Part shown: positions 18,704 to 29,110 of the stretch, piece after piece
How the letters are laid out: each line of letters starts with the position of its first letter
Position numbering within the stretch: the stretch's first letter is position 1
The notes under the pieces: model-generated
Told to the model about the DNA's origin: nothing
Seen by the model: only the letters and a program-made list of their open reading frames with translations
Database searches by the model: none
From: Alphaproteobacteria bacterium
GTDB taxonomy: Bacteria; Pseudomonadota; Alphaproteobacteria; JAAXGF01
Assembly: GCA_963555825.3 (NCBI GenBank)
Contig: CAUVXB020000001.1
Span: 2,016,001-2,080,000, forward strand
DNA: 64,000 bases
Direction of reading: 5' to 3'
Translations under genes and position numbers: made by a program

Positions 18704-20184
18704 CGCATCACGAACGGATTCGCGATCGGGTCGGCCGAAGTGTTGATCCAGATTGTCTTTGGTCGCGTGTAGTCGTAGATCGCCTGAAAGCCGCTCTCGC
18801 GGCCGTAGCCTGAATCCTTGAAGCCGCCGAACTCGGCGATCGGCGAGACCACCCGGTAGGTGTTGATCCAGACGATGCCGGCGCGCGTCGCCCGCGCGAC
18901 GCGCAAAGCGCGGCCGACGTCGCGCGTGAAGATGCCCGTCGCCAGGCCGTATTTGGTGTCGTTGGCGTACCCGACGACCTCATCTTCTGTTTTGAAGCGC
19001 AGCACGCTCAGCACCGGGCCGAACAGCTCGGTATCGACGATCTGGGTGCGCTGGTCGGGGCAATCGACGATGGTCGGCTCGAAGAACCAGCCGGCGTTGT
19101 GGCCGGGCGGCCGCGCGCCGCCATAGAGCAGCTTGGCGCCCTCTTCCTGGGCCTTGGCGACCTCGGCCTCGATGCGGGTGAATTGCGCCTCGGTCGCCAG
19201 CGGGCCCATCTGCGTCTCGTCGGCCAGCGGATCGCCGATGCGGATCTGGCCAGCCTGGCCGACCAGGCGATCGAGCACCTCGTCGGCGACGCTGTCGTGC
19301 AGATAGAGCCGCGAGCCGGCGACGCAGCTCTGCCCGCTGGCGCCGAAGATGCCCGCGACGATGCCGTTGGCGGCGCTCTCGAGGTCGGCGTCCTCGAACA
19401 CCATGACCGGCGACTTGCCGCCCAGCTCGAGCGAGACCTGGGCGAAGTTCTCGGCCGAATTGCGCACGATATGACGCGCCGTCTCGGGGCCGCCGGTGAA
19501 GCTGATGCGGGCGACCAGCGGGTGCGTCGTCAGCACCCGGCCACACGGCTCGCCGAAGCCGGTGACGATGTTGACGACGCCGTCGGGGATACCCGCCTCG
19601 GCGATCAGCTTGCCGAACTCGAGCATCGGCGCCGAGGCGTGCTCGGAGGCCTTGAGGACGACGGTGTTGCCGGCTGCGAGCGCCGGGCCCAACTTGACCG
19701 CGACCAGGAACAGCTGCGAGTTCCACGGCACCACCGCGGCAACGACGCCGAGCGGCTCGCGCGTCGTGAAGACGTACATATCGGGCTTGTCGATCGGCAT
19801 GGTGTCGCCATGGATTTTGTCGGCAAGGCCCGCGTTGTAGTGGAAGAAGTCGGCGATGTACTTGGCCTGCCAGCGCGTCTCCTTGAACAGCTTGCCGGTG
19901 TCGACGGTCTCGGCACGGCCGAGGTCCTCGGACTTCTCGCCCAGCAGATCGCCCAGTTTGCGCAACAGCTTGCCGCGTTCGGTCGGCGTCATCTTCGACC
20001 ATGGCCCTTCGCTGAAGGCGCGATGCGCGGCTCTGACGGCGCGGTCGACGTCCGCCGCGCTGGCCTCGGGAATCCGCGCCCAGGGCTGGCCGGTGGTCGG
20101 ATTGACGCTGTCGAAGGCCTTGCCATCCTCGGCGTCGACCCACTGTCCATCGATCAGCATCTGATAGTTGGTCAATTCGGTCAT
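18700..20184 (-). CDS. NAD(P)-dependent aldehyde dehydrogenase
   Basis: 'PWNS', 'FTGG', 'LELGGKSP', 'GQSCVAGSR', 'ELFGP', '[12 protein letters not shown]'. Confidence 0.95.
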   Translation of the reverse strand: MTELTNYQMLIDGQWVDAEDGKAFDSVNPTTGQPWARIPEASAADVDRAVRAAHRAFSEGPWSKMTPTERGKLLRKLGDLLGEKSEDLGRAETVDTGKLFKETRWQAKYIADFFHYNAGLADKIHGDTMPIDKPDMYVFTTREPLGVVAAVVPWNSQLFLVAVKLGPALAAGNTVVLKASEHASAPMLEFGKLIAEAGIPDGVVNIVTGFGEPCGRVLTTHPLVARISFTGGPETARHIVRNSAENFAQVSLELGGKSPVMVFEDADLESAANGIVAGIFGASGQSCVAGSRLYLHDSVADEVLDRLVGQAGQIRIGDPLADETQMGPLATEAQFTRIEAEVAKAQEEGAKLLYGGARPPGHNAGWFFEPTIVDCPDQRTQIVDTELFGPVLSVLRFKTEDEVVGYANDTKYGLATGIFTRDVGRALRVARATRAGIVWINTYRVVSPIAEFGGFKDSGYGRESGFQAIYDYTRPKTIWINTSADPIANPFVMR

Positions 20185-20289
20185 GTCTCTCCCCCCAAGC
20201 GCGTGTGTCGGCTGGCATGGGCAGGGTATGGTGCGGGAACGGCCTTGCCAAGAGGGGGCTTCGGCGTTCAACAGCGGAGAAACGGACCC

Positions 20290-20682
20290 ATGACGAACGG
20301 AAAGCAGATCATCGGCGGCGATGTGATCATCGGCGGCCGAAAATTATCGTTGTCGAAGGCGGTGCGGGCCGGCGACTACGTCTTCCTGACCGGGCAGATA
20401 CCCTTCCAGGACGGCGCGCCGATGACGGCCGGCACGATCGAGGACCAGACGCGCGTCACGCTCGATCTGATCGGCGCGACCCTGGCGGAAGCCGGCTGCG
20501 CCCGATCCGACGTGGTGAAATCGATGATCTGGCTGCGTGACAAAGCCGATTTTCCAGGTTTCAATGCGGTCTACGGCGAGTATTTTCCCGACGATCCGCC
20601 AGCCCGCTCGGCGGTTTTGACTCAACTTCTTGTCGACGTTCGGGTGGAAATCGAGGTAGTGGCATACAAGCCGATTGAATAG
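20290..20682 (+). CDS. RidA family protein
   Basis: 'AVRAGDYVFLTGQIP', 'FN.VY..YF...PPARS', 'VEIEVVA'; GGAG RBS. Confidence 0.88.
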   Translation: MTNGKQIIGGDVIIGGRKLSLSKAVRAGDYVFLTGQIPFQDGAPMTAGTIEDQTRVTLDLIGATLAEAGCARSDVVKSMIWLRDKADFPGFNAVYGEYFPDDPPARSAVLTQLLVDVRVEIEVVAYKPIE

Positions 20683-20735
20683 CGGCCGAATCGCCCCGAC
20701 GGCGTGGCCGACGGGCAATTGAGGAGACGGTACTC

Positions 20736-21803
20736 ATGAGATTCAACCTCGTGATCAACATGGAGCGCGTTGGCCCCGACGAGGACATGGCCGAGGTCGC
20801 GCGCCATGTCACCGAGATGGTGCAAATGGCCGACGAGGGCGGTGTCGACATCGTCTGGGCGGCCGAGCATCACGCCCTCGAGATGACCATCGCGCCGGGG
20901 CCGTTCCAGCTCTTGGCGCATTTCGCCGCGCACACCTCGCGCATCCGGCTCGGCACCGCCGTCGTCGTCGCGCCCTACTGGCACCCGGTCAAGCTCGCCG
21001 GCGAAGCCGCGTTGCTCGATCTGTTGTCGGGCGGCCGCCTCGAGTTCGGCATCGGCAAGGGCGCCTATCAGCGCGAGTTCGACCGCTTGGCCGGCGGCAT
21101 GGATCAGAAGATCGGTGTGCCGATGATGCAGGAGATGATGCCCGTGCTGAAGGGGCTCTGGCAGGGCGATTACGAACACGACGGCGAATACTGGTCGTTC
21201 CCGGCCGCGACGTCGGTTCCGAAGCCGGTGCAAAAACCGCACCCGCCGGTCTGGGTCGCCGCGCGCGACCCCGGCACCTACGACTGGGCGGTCAAGAACG
21301 GCTACCACATCATGTCATGGGCGCTGACCCGGTCGTTCTCCGAGGTCGAGGCCTACATGGGCCGCTTCGAGACGGCGCTTGCCGACAACCCCGGCGTCGC
21401 GCGGCCGCGTTTCATGACGATGCGCCACGCGGCGATCTGGGAAATAGTGGAGGACGCCGACGTCTACCTCGAGGCCTTGATCATGCAGGGCCGCCGGTTC
21501 GAGAACCTGTTCCGCAACCTGGCGCCGGTGGTCGACGGCTTCCCGCAGGAAGTCGATCCGTCGCTGCTCGTCAACCAAGCCGAATACGAGCCCTCGAACC
21601 TGCTGCAGAACCTCATCTTCGGCACGCCCGAGGAGGCGATCGCCAAGCTGAAGCCCTACGAGGCGCTGGGCGTCGACTACTTCTGCTACTGCGCCAGCTT
21701 CGGCCTCGACCTGGCGGCGCAGAAGAAGTCGTTCCGGCTGTTCATCGACGAGGTCATGCCGGCTTTCCAGGGCAGCGAAGCGGCCGCATCCGCAGCCGAC
21801 TAA
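20736..21803 (+). CDS. Luciferase-like (LLM class) flavin-dependent monooxygenase
   Basis: 'WAAEHH', 'RLGTAVVVAPYWHP', 'GRLEFGIGKG', 'PKPVQKPHPP'. Confidence 0.92.
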   Translation: MRFNLVINMERVGPDEDMAEVARHVTEMVQMADEGGVDIVWAAEHHALEMTIAPGPFQLLAHFAAHTSRIRLGTAVVVAPYWHPVKLAGEAALLDLLSGGRLEFGIGKGAYQREFDRLAGGMDQKIGVPMMQEMMPVLKGLWQGDYEHDGEYWSFPAATSVPKPVQKPHPPVWVAARDPGTYDWAVKNGYHIMSWALTRSFSEVEAYMGRFETALADNPGVARPRFMTMRHAAIWEIVEDADVYLEALIMQGRRFENLFRNLAPVVDGFPQEVDPSLLVNQAEYEPSNLLQNLIFGTPEEAIAKLKPYEALGVDYFCYCASFGLDLAAQKKSFRLFIDEVMPAFQGSEAAASAAD

Positions 21804-21840
21804 AGGCCAATCCGACCGCATAATGCTGAGAGAGGCAACC

Positions 21841-22056
21841 ATGGCGTACACCCAGTACAAGGTCATTTCCATCCAGGAAGGCGGCTGCGGCACCGTGCTA
21901 CTCGGCGCTGCGGGCATCCCGGTGAACAAGATGGAGGACGATCTGAACCGCCACGCCGCGGATGGCTGGCAGGTCGTCTTCATGGTCATCGAACAGAAGC
22001 GCTTCATGCTGTTCTGGACCAGGGAGACGATCATCGTGACGCTCGGCCGCTCGTGA
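21841..22056 (+). CDS. DUF4177-like small protein
   Basis: 'QYKV...LNRHAADGWQVV' pattern; GAGG RBS. Confidence 0.7.
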   Translation: MAYTQYKVISIQEGGCGTVLLGAAGIPVNKMEDDLNRHAADGWQVVFMVIEQKRFMLFWTRETIIVTLGRS

Positions 22057-22310
22057 GCCCTCTCGCCCGGCTCGCACTCGGCGCGATCGAGGCATACCGG
22101 CTCCGGGGCGGCGGCGGTCGGCATTTCGCCGTCGCGTGCAATTTCACGCCGAGCTGCTCGGTCTATGCGCACCAAGCGATCGCCCGCTACGGATTCCTGC
22201 GCGGCGCACATCTCGCGCTCGGGCGTGTCCGGCGCTGCACCGTGCGCGATCAGGTCGGCAAAATCGACGATCCCGTCCCGGCCGACGACGCGCGCCGCGT
22301 GCGATGCTGA
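22053..22310 (+). CDS. YidD/DUF37-like (membrane insertion efficiency factor domain) protein
   Basis: 'CNFTPSCSVYA.QAI.RYG...G..L...R..RC...DP'. Confidence 0.75.
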   Translation: MSPLARLALGAIEAYRLRGGGGRHFAVACNFTPSCSVYAHQAIARYGFLRGAHLALGRVRRCTVRDQVGKIDDPVPADDARRVRC

Positions 22311-22696
22311 AGCCGGACGCCGTTCGCGACGAGGAGGACGCCATCCGCGACACCCTCGCGGCGCTCGCGCCCGAGCAACGCAAGGCGTACTACCGACTGT
22401 CGGAGAACCGCATCAAGGACCCCGACACCTATGCCACGGTTAACTATTTCCTGGTCTGCGGCCTGCACCACTTCTATCTCGGCAAACGGGTGCGCGGCGC
22501 GGCCAACCTGATGGCCTTCCTCGCCGGCGCCATCTTTCTCTTCTCGCCGTCGCCGATCATCGGCGTCGTCATTATCGCCGCCATCGTCGCCATCGAACTG
22601 CCGGCGCTGTTCATGTCGCAATCGATCGTCCGCGATCACAACAACAAGCAAGCGCGGCAGATACTCGACGAACTCGGCGTCGCCTCGTCGCCCTAG
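22304..22696 (+). CDS. TM2/NINE-like membrane protein
   Basis: 'KDPDTYA...GLHHFYLGK' followed by two hydrophobic segments. Confidence 0.7.
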   Translation: MLKPDAVRDEEDAIRDTLAALAPEQRKAYYRLSENRIKDPDTYATVNYFLVCGLHHFYLGKRVRGAANLMAFLAGAIFLFSPSPIIGVVIIAAIVAIELPALFMSQSIVRDHNNKQARQILDELGVASSP

Positions 22697-23469
22697 CCGC
22701 CTTCGTCACGGCGGTGACGTCCGTGGGACAGTTCGCTGACGATGCCGTGCAGCGTGCGCAGTTCCTGTTCGAACAGTCCGGTGCGCAGGAACAGATTGCG
22801 GATGTTGCGCACCATAGTCGGGCGCTTTTCCTTGTTGCGCAGGAAGCCGCAGGCGTCGAGTTCGCCCTCGAGATGGTCGAAGAAGGTCTGTAGCTCGGCG
22901 CGGGTCGCGGGTCGCGTCCGGCCCGGCCGGATCACCGGTTCGGCCGGCTCGACCGCAGACAGCAACCATTCATAGCCGATCAGCAACACCGCCTGCGCCA
23001 GATTGAGCGAGGCGAACGCCGGACTGGTCGGCACTTCGACGATGGCGTCGGCGAGTGTCAGCGTATCGTTGTCGAGGCCCATGGTCTCGCGCCCGAACAG
23101 CAGGCCCGATCGCTCACCGGCGGCTTCCCAGGCGCGCATCTCGGCGACCGCGGCGCGCGGCGTCGTCACCGGCTTGAGCATGTCGCGCGGCCGGGCCGTG
23201 GTGGCGAAAACATGGCTCAGGTCGGCGATCGCTTGCGCCGCGCTGTCGAAGACGCGCACCCCGTCGATCACCTCGACGGCGCCCGACGCGGCGTTGACCG
23301 CCTTGACGTTGGGCCAGCCGTCGCGTGGCGCGACGATGCGCAGGTCGGTAAGCCCGAAATTGAGCATGGCGCGCGCCGCGGTGCCGATATTCTCGCCCAT
23401 CTGTGGGCGCACCAGGATCACCGCCGGGCCCCCTGCGACACTGCCTTGGCCGCGATTGGTGCCCGCCAT
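22693..23469 (-). CDS. trmJ: tRNA C32/U32 2'-O-methyltransferase (TrmJ/LasT, SPOUT)
   Basis: 'PQMGENIGTAARAMLNFG', 'LFGRE..GL.N', 'SLNLAQAV'. Confidence 0.88.
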   Translation of the reverse strand: MAGTNRGQGSVAGGPAVILVRPQMGENIGTAARAMLNFGLTDLRIVAPRDGWPNVKAVNAASGAVEVIDGVRVFDSAAQAIADLSHVFATTARPRDMLKPVTTPRAAVAEMRAWEAAGERSGLLFGRETMGLDNDTLTLADAIVEVPTSPAFASLNLAQAVLLIGYEWLLSAVEPAEPVIRPGRTRPATRAELQTFFDHLEGELDACGFLRNKEKRPTMVRNIRNLFLRTGLFEQELRTLHGIVSELSHGRHRRDEGG

Positions 23470-23475
23470 TCCGGG

Positions 23476-25068
23476 TTAGACGGGCGCTTTGTCGCGCAGC
23501 AGCTTGTAGACGATGCTGTCGATCAGCGCCGAGAACGAGGCGTCGATGATGTTCGCCGACACGCCGACCGTCGACCAGGTATCGCCCGCCCCGTCGGCGC
23601 TCTCGATCATCACGCGGGTCACCGCGCCGGTCGACTGGTTGGGCGACAGGATGCGCACCTTGTAGTCGACCAGCCGCCAATCCTCGAAGTAGGGCGAGTA
23701 TTTGCCGAGGTCCTTGCGCAGCGCCGCGTTGAGCGCATCGACCGGACCGCTGCCCTCGGCCACCGACATCAGGTGCTCGTCGCCGACAGTGACCTTGACG
23801 GTCGCCTCCGACAGCGTGACCAGCTTGCCGACCGCGTTGAAGCGCCGCTCGACGGTCACCCGGTAGCTGTCGACGCGGAAGTATTCGGGCACCTCGCCGA
23901 GCGCACGCCGCGCCATCAGCTCGAAGCTCGCCTCGGCGCCGTCGTAGGTGTAGCCGTTGAATTCGCGCTCCTTGACCTCCTCGACGAGGCGCGGCAGCAG
24001 CGCATGGTCGGGGTCGATGTTCATGCCGACGTCGTTCATCAGCGCCAGCACGTTGGCGCGCCCCGACTGGTCCGAGACGACGATGTGGCGCCGGTTGCCG
24101 ACCAGCTCGGGCGAGATGTGCTCGTAGGAGCGCGTGTCCTTCTGCACCGCCGAGACGTGCAGGCCGCCCTTATGCGCGAAGGCGGCATCGCCGACATAGG
24201 CCGCGTGATGATCGGGCGCCCGGTTCAGCAATTCGTCGACCAGCCGCGAGACATGGGTCAGTTGCGCCAGGCCCTCGGGCGTGACGCCGGTCTCGTAGCC
24301 CATCTTGAGCACCAGGGTCGGGATCAGCGACACCAGGTTGGCGTTGCCGCAGCGCTCGCCGAGCCCATTGATCGTGCCGTGCACCATGCGCGCGCCGGCG
24401 CGCACCGCCGCCAAGCTGCCGGCGACCGCGTTTTCGGTGTCGTTGTGGCAGTGAATGGCGATCCGGTCGCCCGGGATGTGCTCGCAGACCTCGCCGACGA
24501 TGCGCTCGATCTCGTGCGGCAGCGTGCCGCCGTTGGTGTCGCACAGCACGACCCAACGGGCGCCGCCGTCGGCCGCCGCCATGATGCAATCGAGCGCGAA
24601 TTCGGGGTTGGCCTTGTAGCCGTCGAAGAAGTGCTCGGCGTCGAACAGCGCCTCCTTCTCCTTGGCCACCAGATGCGCGATGCTGTCGCGGATCATCGCG
24701 ACGTTCTCGTCCGTCTCGATGCCAAGCGCGACCTTGGTGTGGAAGTCCCAGGCCTTGCCGACCAGGCACACCGCCGAGGTGCCGCTGCCGACCAGTGCCG
24801 CGAGGCCGGGGTCGTTGTCGGCGCTGCGCCCGGGCCTGCGCGTCATGCCGAAGGCCGTGAAGCGCGAACGTTCCAGTTCGGGCGCCGTGGCGAAGAAGGC
24901 GTCGTCGGTCGGGTTGGCGCCCGGCCAGCCGCCCTCGACGTAGTCGATGCCGATGCGGTCGAGCTCACGCGCGATCGCCGTCTTGTCCTGGACGCTGAAG
25001 TCGACGCCCTGGGTCTGCGCGCCGTCGCGCAGCGTGGTGTCGAACAGATAGATGCGCTCGCTGCTCAT
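23476..25068 (-). CDS. cimA: Citramalate synthase
   Basis: 'DTTLRDGAQ', 'EGGWPGANP', 'DAEHFFDG', 'HCHND', 'AFAHKGGLH', 'DYKVRIL'. Confidence 0.92.
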   Translation of the reverse strand: MSSERIYLFDTTLRDGAQTQGVDFSVQDKTAIARELDRIGIDYVEGGWPGANPTDDAFFATAPELERSRFTAFGMTRRPGRSADNDPGLAALVGSGTSAVCLVGKAWDFHTKVALGIETDENVAMIRDSIAHLVAKEKEALFDAEHFFDGYKANPEFALDCIMAAADGGARWVVLCDTNGGTLPHEIERIVGEVCEHIPGDRIAIHCHNDTENAVAGSLAAVRAGARMVHGTINGLGERCGNANLVSLIPTLVLKMGYETGVTPEGLAQLTHVSRLVDELLNRAPDHHAAYVGDAAFAHKGGLHVSAVQKDTRSYEHISPELVGNRRHIVVSDQSGRANVLALMNDVGMNIDPDHALLPRLVEEVKEREFNGYTYDGAEASFELMARRALGEVPEYFRVDSYRVTVERRFNAVGKLVTLSEATVKVTVGDEHLMSVAEGSGPVDALNAALRKDLGKYSPYFEDWRLVDYKVRILSPNQSTGAVTRVMIESADGAGDTWSTVGVSANIIDASFSALIDSIVYKLLRDKAPV

Positions 25069-26468
25069 CCGGCCCGCCTCCAGTCCGTCTTCCCGCCCGG
25101 TCCGTCTTCGAGCAGGATACCCTGGTCTTCGAGCTCTTCGCGAATTTGATCGGCCTTGGCGAAGTCCTTGGCCCGCCGCGCCGCCTCGCGCGCGGCGATC
25201 TTCTCCTCGATGTCGACGACATTGACGTCGCCGGCGGCGCCCTTGAACCAGGCCGCCGGCTGGTTGCGCAGCAAGCCGAGAAACCCGGCCATCAGCCCGA
25301 GCCGGCCCTTCAAGGCGCCACGGTCGTCGTCGGGTTGCGCGGCGAATACGTCATCGACCGCCTTGTGCAGCTCGGCGATCGCGAGCGGCGTGTTGAGGTC
25401 GTCCTCGAGCGCTGCGAAGAAGGCGGCGATTGCGGGGTCGGCGGGCTCGGGCGTAACCGGCTCGGCATCGCGCAAGGCCTCGAGCGCGCGGTACCAGCGG
25501 TCGATGCGCTCGCGCGCCTCCCGCACCCCGGCATCCGTCCAGTCGAGCGGCTTACGGTAATGCGTCGAGAGCATCATCAGGCGCACCACCTCGCCGCGGT
25601 CCCAGCCAATCTTGTCGAGCACGTCGGCGACGGTGAAGAAGTTGCCCAGCGACTTCGACATCTTCTTGCCGTCGACGATGACGTAGCCGTTGTGCACCCA
25701 GTAACACGCGAAGCCGTCGTCGGGGTTGACGCAGAGGCTCTGGGCGCGCTCGTTCTCGTGGTGCGGGAAGATCAGGTCCTGGCCGCCGCCGTGGATGTCG
25801 AAGGTCTTGCCCAGGTGGTGCTCGCTCATCGCCGAGCACTCGATGTGCCAGCCCGGCCGGCCGCGGCCCCAGGGGCTGTCCCAGCCCGGCAGGTCGGGCG
25901 TCGACGGCTTCCACAGCACGAAGTCGGCCGGGTCCTTCTTGTAGGGCGCCACCTCGACGCGCGCGCCGGCGACCATCTCCTTCAGGCTGCGCTTGGACAG
26001 ATCGCCGTAGTCCGTCATCGACGGCACGTGGAACAGCACGTGGCCCTCGGCTTCGTAGGCGTGACCGATCTCGATCAGCCGCTCGGTCATGGCGATCATC
26101 TCGGCGACCCATTCGGTCGCGCGCGGCTCGTGATCGGGCGGCTCGGCGCCGAGCGCCGCCATGTCGTCGTGGAACGCCTGGGTCGTGCGCTGGGTTATCT
26201 CGGCGATCGGCTCGCCGGACTCGATCGAGGCCGCGTTGATCTTGTCGTCGATGTCGGTGATGTTGCGCACGTAGGTGACGTGATCCGCGCCGTAGAGGCG
26301 CTTGAGCAGCCGGTAGAGCACGTCGAACACGATGACCGGCCGCGCGTTGCCGATATGCGCGCGGTCGTAGACCGTCGGCCCACAGATGTACATGCCGACG
26401 TTGTCCGCATCGAGCGGCGTGAAGCGCTGCTTCTCGCGCGCCTGCGTGTTGTAGAGAACGAGGGCCAC
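25065..26468 (-). CDS. cysS: Cysteinyl-tRNA synthetase
   Basis: 'CGPTVY..AHIGN', '[10 protein letters not shown]', '[10 protein letters not shown]', 'KMSKS'. Confidence 0.98.
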   Translation of the reverse strand: MALVLYNTQAREKQRFTPLDADNVGMYICGPTVYDRAHIGNARPVIVFDVLYRLLKRLYGADHVTYVRNITDIDDKINAASIESGEPIAEITQRTTQAFHDDMAALGAEPPDHEPRATEWVAEMIAMTERLIEIGHAYEAEGHVLFHVPSMTDYGDLSKRSLKEMVAGARVEVAPYKKDPADFVLWKPSTPDLPGWDSPWGRGRPGWHIECSAMSEHHLGKTFDIHGGGQDLIFPHHENERAQSLCVNPDDGFACYWVHNGYVIVDGKKMSKSLGNFFTVADVLDKIGWDRGEVVRLMMLSTHYRKPLDWTDAGVREARERIDRWYRALEALRDAEPVTPEPADPAIAAFFAALEDDLNTPLAIAELHKAVDDVFAAQPDDDRGALKGRLGLMAGFLGLLRNQPAAWFKGAAGDVNVVDIEEKIAAREAARRAKDFAKADQIREELEDQGILLEDGPGGKTDWRRAG

Positions 26469-26590
26469 GATCCTAACGATCTTTCCTATTGCTCACGGCG
26501 TTGCGCCACGCGACACGCCGCGCGCGCGGCCGATAGGGGTAACAGATTCCGCCAACCGGGTCCATGTCCAGGGGGCGCCGCGGGTCGCGT

Positions 26591-26792
26591 TCACGCGCCG
26601 TAGCGGAACCGGTTGGTGATCGGGTAACGGCGGTCGTCGCCCACCGACCAGCGCGTCATCAGCACGTGCTCGCGCCACGACGTGGCTTGCGCGCGCGGGC
26701 TGCGGTCGGCGTCGAGCACGAAGGAGGCGCCGTCGAACACCAGCTCGTCCCGGCCGCCGACTTGGTTGACGTAGATCAGCGGCAGGCCCGAT
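26591..26792 (-). pseudogene. Diverged, internally deleted duplicate of nadE (internal segment fused to the 3' end)
   Basis: 26591-26636 matches nadE 27446-27491 with 1 mismatch; 26633-26792 matches nadE 28364-28523 with about 19 mismatches by hand count. Confidence 0.92.
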
Positions 26793-26910
26793 CGCTCATA
26801 CTTCGATCGAGTGATTTCGGTCCACATGTTGCGCCTCCATCGCTGATAAACCACAACGAAAGCATGACAAGAGACTGATTCCACTCAACTCTTTTTCGGC
26901 CAGACAATTA
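26790..26910 (-). mobile_element. IS5-family left-end remnant with the first codons of the transposase
   Basis: GGAGG RBS plus 'MWTEITRSKYERSGL', resembling alphaproteobacterial IS5-family transposase N-termini (MWTEITR..YER.GLRY); family call from recall only. Confidence 0.6.
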
Positions 26911-27062
26911 GAGCTTGGAAGCCAACAAGCCACTTCTTCCCGACAAAGCGGAGAGCGTCGCGCAAGACGATTGTGGCAATGGTGAGCCTGTCCAATGCGG
27001 GGGCTCTAGACGTAAGGTAATTACTGGGCGCTTACGGCACCGCCAACGTTCCCCTGCTTAAC

Positions 27063-27296
27063 TTAGTTTTGAATCTGTTTGGACACATCCTTGAAAACGT
27101 CGGGTTTCGGTACGGTGTTGTCCGGCAATGTATTTTTTAATTGTTTAGTTTGAGCTGTATTGCCTGACGAGACGCTTCCGCCCTGATTAAAATATCCGGT
27201 TTGTGCTTTCTGTTCATCCGCAGCGTATGTTGGGCCACCCAGAAGACTGGTGAACAATGCAGCAGCAACAAGAGTTACACCCATTTGGGGAAACAT
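27063..27296 (-). CDS. Small AT-rich putative secreted protein
   Basis: AAGGAG RBS; hydrophobic signal-like N-terminus ending 'TYA-A'; 77 aa. Confidence 0.5.
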   Translation of the reverse strand: MFPQMGVTLVAAALFTSLLGGPTYAADEQKAQTGYFNQGGSVSSGNTAQTKQLKNTLPDNTVPKPDVFKDVSKQIQN

Positions 27297-27445
27297 GATC
27301 TTGCTCCTTATCCGAATGTGGCGAAATACAATTGTAACGGTAATAAGCGGCCACGTAAACGACCGTTATCAGGAGTGGACGCAATACGAATTCGCAGTTC
27401 TTGGTGAATTCGGAGACTCCCCGTAACTAGAACAACCCGCGCCAC

Positions 27446-29110
27446 TCACGCGCCGTAGCGGAACCGGTTGGTGATCGGGTAGCGGCGGTCGCGGCCGAAG
27501 GATCGGCTGGTGATCTTTACGCCGGGCGGCGCCTGGCGGCGCTTGTATTCGGCGAGGTCGAGCATGCGCGAGACACGGCGCACGACATCGGCGTCGTGGC
27601 CGCGCGCGGCGATCTCGTCGATGCCCTGCTCGCCCTCGACCAGGCATTCGAGAATGTCGTCGAGCACCGCGTAGGGCGGCAGGCTGTCCTGATCGGTCTG
27701 ATCGGGCCTGAGCTCGGCCGACGGCGGCTTGGTGATGATGGCGTCGGGTATGACCTCGCCGGTCGGACCCTTGGTGCCGCCCGGCAGGGTTTCGTTGCGC
27801 CAGCGCGCCAGCGCGAAGGCCGTCGTCTTGTAGACGTCCTTGAGCACCGAATAGCCGCCGCACATGTCGCCATAGAGCGTCGCGTAGCCGACCGACATCT
27901 CGGATTTGTTGCCCGTGGTCAGCACCATGTGGCCGAGCTTGTTGCTGATCGCCATCAGGATCATGCCGCGGATGCGCGCCTGCAGGTTCTCCTCGGTGAC
28001 GTCCGGCTCGCGGCCGGCGAACAACTCGCCGAGCATGCCGCCGTACGCCTCGACCGCGCTCTCGATCGGCACCGTATCGAGGCGCACGCCGAGCCGCTCG
28101 GCGCAGGTCCGGGCATCGTCGAGCGAGCCTTGCGAGGTATAGCGCGACGGCATCATCACGCAATGCACCGCGTCCGGCCCCAGCGCGTCGACCGCGATCG
28201 CCGCGCTGAGCGCCGAATCGATGCCGCCCGAGAGCCCGATTACGACGCCCGGAAAGCGGTTCTTGCCGACGTAGTCGCGCAGCCCCGTCATGGTCGCCTG
28301 ATAGATCGCCGCCTCGCCCTCCTCGGCCTTGGCGATGTCGGCGGCGGCGCAACGCCAGCGGCCGTCATCGCCGACCGACCAATGGGTCATCAGCACGGTC
28401 TCGCGCCACGACGGCGCCTGGGCGCGCAGGTTCCGATCGGCGTCGAGCACGAACGAGGCGCCATCGAACACCAGCTCGTCCTGGCCGCCGACCTGGTTGA
28501 CGTAGATCAGCGGCAGGCCCGATTCGGTGACCCGCGCGACCGCCAGGCTCAGCCGGTCGTCGGGCTTGTCGAGCTCGAAGGGCGAGCCGTTCGGCACGAC
28601 GAGGATCTCGGCGCCCGACTCCTCGAGGCATTCGGTGACGTCGGCGGTCCACATGTCCTCGCAGACCATGACGCCGAGGCGCACGCCCTTGAACGGCACC
28701 GGCCCGTTCAAGGGGCCGGCGGTGAACAAGCGCTGCTCGTCGAAGACGCCATAGTTGGGCAGATCGTGCTTGGGGCGCACCGCGGCGACGCCGCCGTCGG
28801 CCAACAGATAGGCGGCGTTATAGAGCTTGCCGTCATCGCGCCACGGCGCGCCGACCAGCATCGCCGGGCCACCGTCGCCGGTCGACTGGGCGAGGCGCTC
28901 GATGGCGCGCTCGACGCGCTCGACGAGCGCCGGCTTGAGCACCAGGTCCTCGGGCGGATAGCCAATCAGCACGAGCTCGGTATAGACGACCAGGTCGGCG
29001 CCCCCGGCGGCCGCTTCGTCGCGCGCCGCGAGCAGGCGGTCGGCGTTGCCGTCGACATCGCCGACGGTCGGGTTGAGCTGCGCCAGCGCGATGGTGAGCG
29101 ATTCGGTCAT
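27446..29110 (-). CDS. nadE: Glutamine-dependent NAD+ synthetase
   Basis: Nitrilase domain ('LAQLNPTVGD', 'GYPPEDL', 'VCEDMW') plus 'GLSGGIDSA', 'TGNKSE', 'PPSAELRP'. Confidence 0.97.
   Translation of the reverse strand: MTESLTIALAQLNPTVGDVDGNADRLLAARDEAAAGGADLVVYTELVLIGYPPEDLVLKPALVERVERAIERLAQSTGDGGPAMLVGAPWRDDGKLYNAAYLLADGGVAAVRPKHDLPNYGVFDEQRLFTAGPLNGPVPFKGVRLGVMVCEDMWTADVTECLEESGAEILVVPNGSPFELDKPDDRLSLAVARVTESGLPLIYVNQVGGQDELVFDGASFVLDADRNLRAQAPSWRETVLMTHWSVGDDGRWRCAAADIAKAEEGEAAIYQATMTGLRDYVGKNRFPGVVIGLSGGIDSALSAAIAVDALGPDAVHCVMMPSRYTSQGSLDDARTCAERLGVRLDTVPIESAVEAYGGMLGELFAGREPDVTEENLQARIRGMILMAISNKLGHMVLTTGNKSEMSVGYATLYGDMCGGYSVLKDVYKTTAFALARWRNETLPGGTKGPTGEVIPDAIITKPPSAELRPDQTDQDSLPPYAVLDDILECLVEGEQGIDEIAARGHDADVVRRVSRMLDLAEYKRRQAPPGVKITSRSFGRDRRYPITNRFRYGA

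Noticed and set aside
26591-28523. Diversity-generating retroelement template/variable repeat interpretation of the duplicated gene ends
   Set aside because: Mismatches are mainly synonymous third-position changes rather than adenine-specific, and no reverse transcriptase is present.
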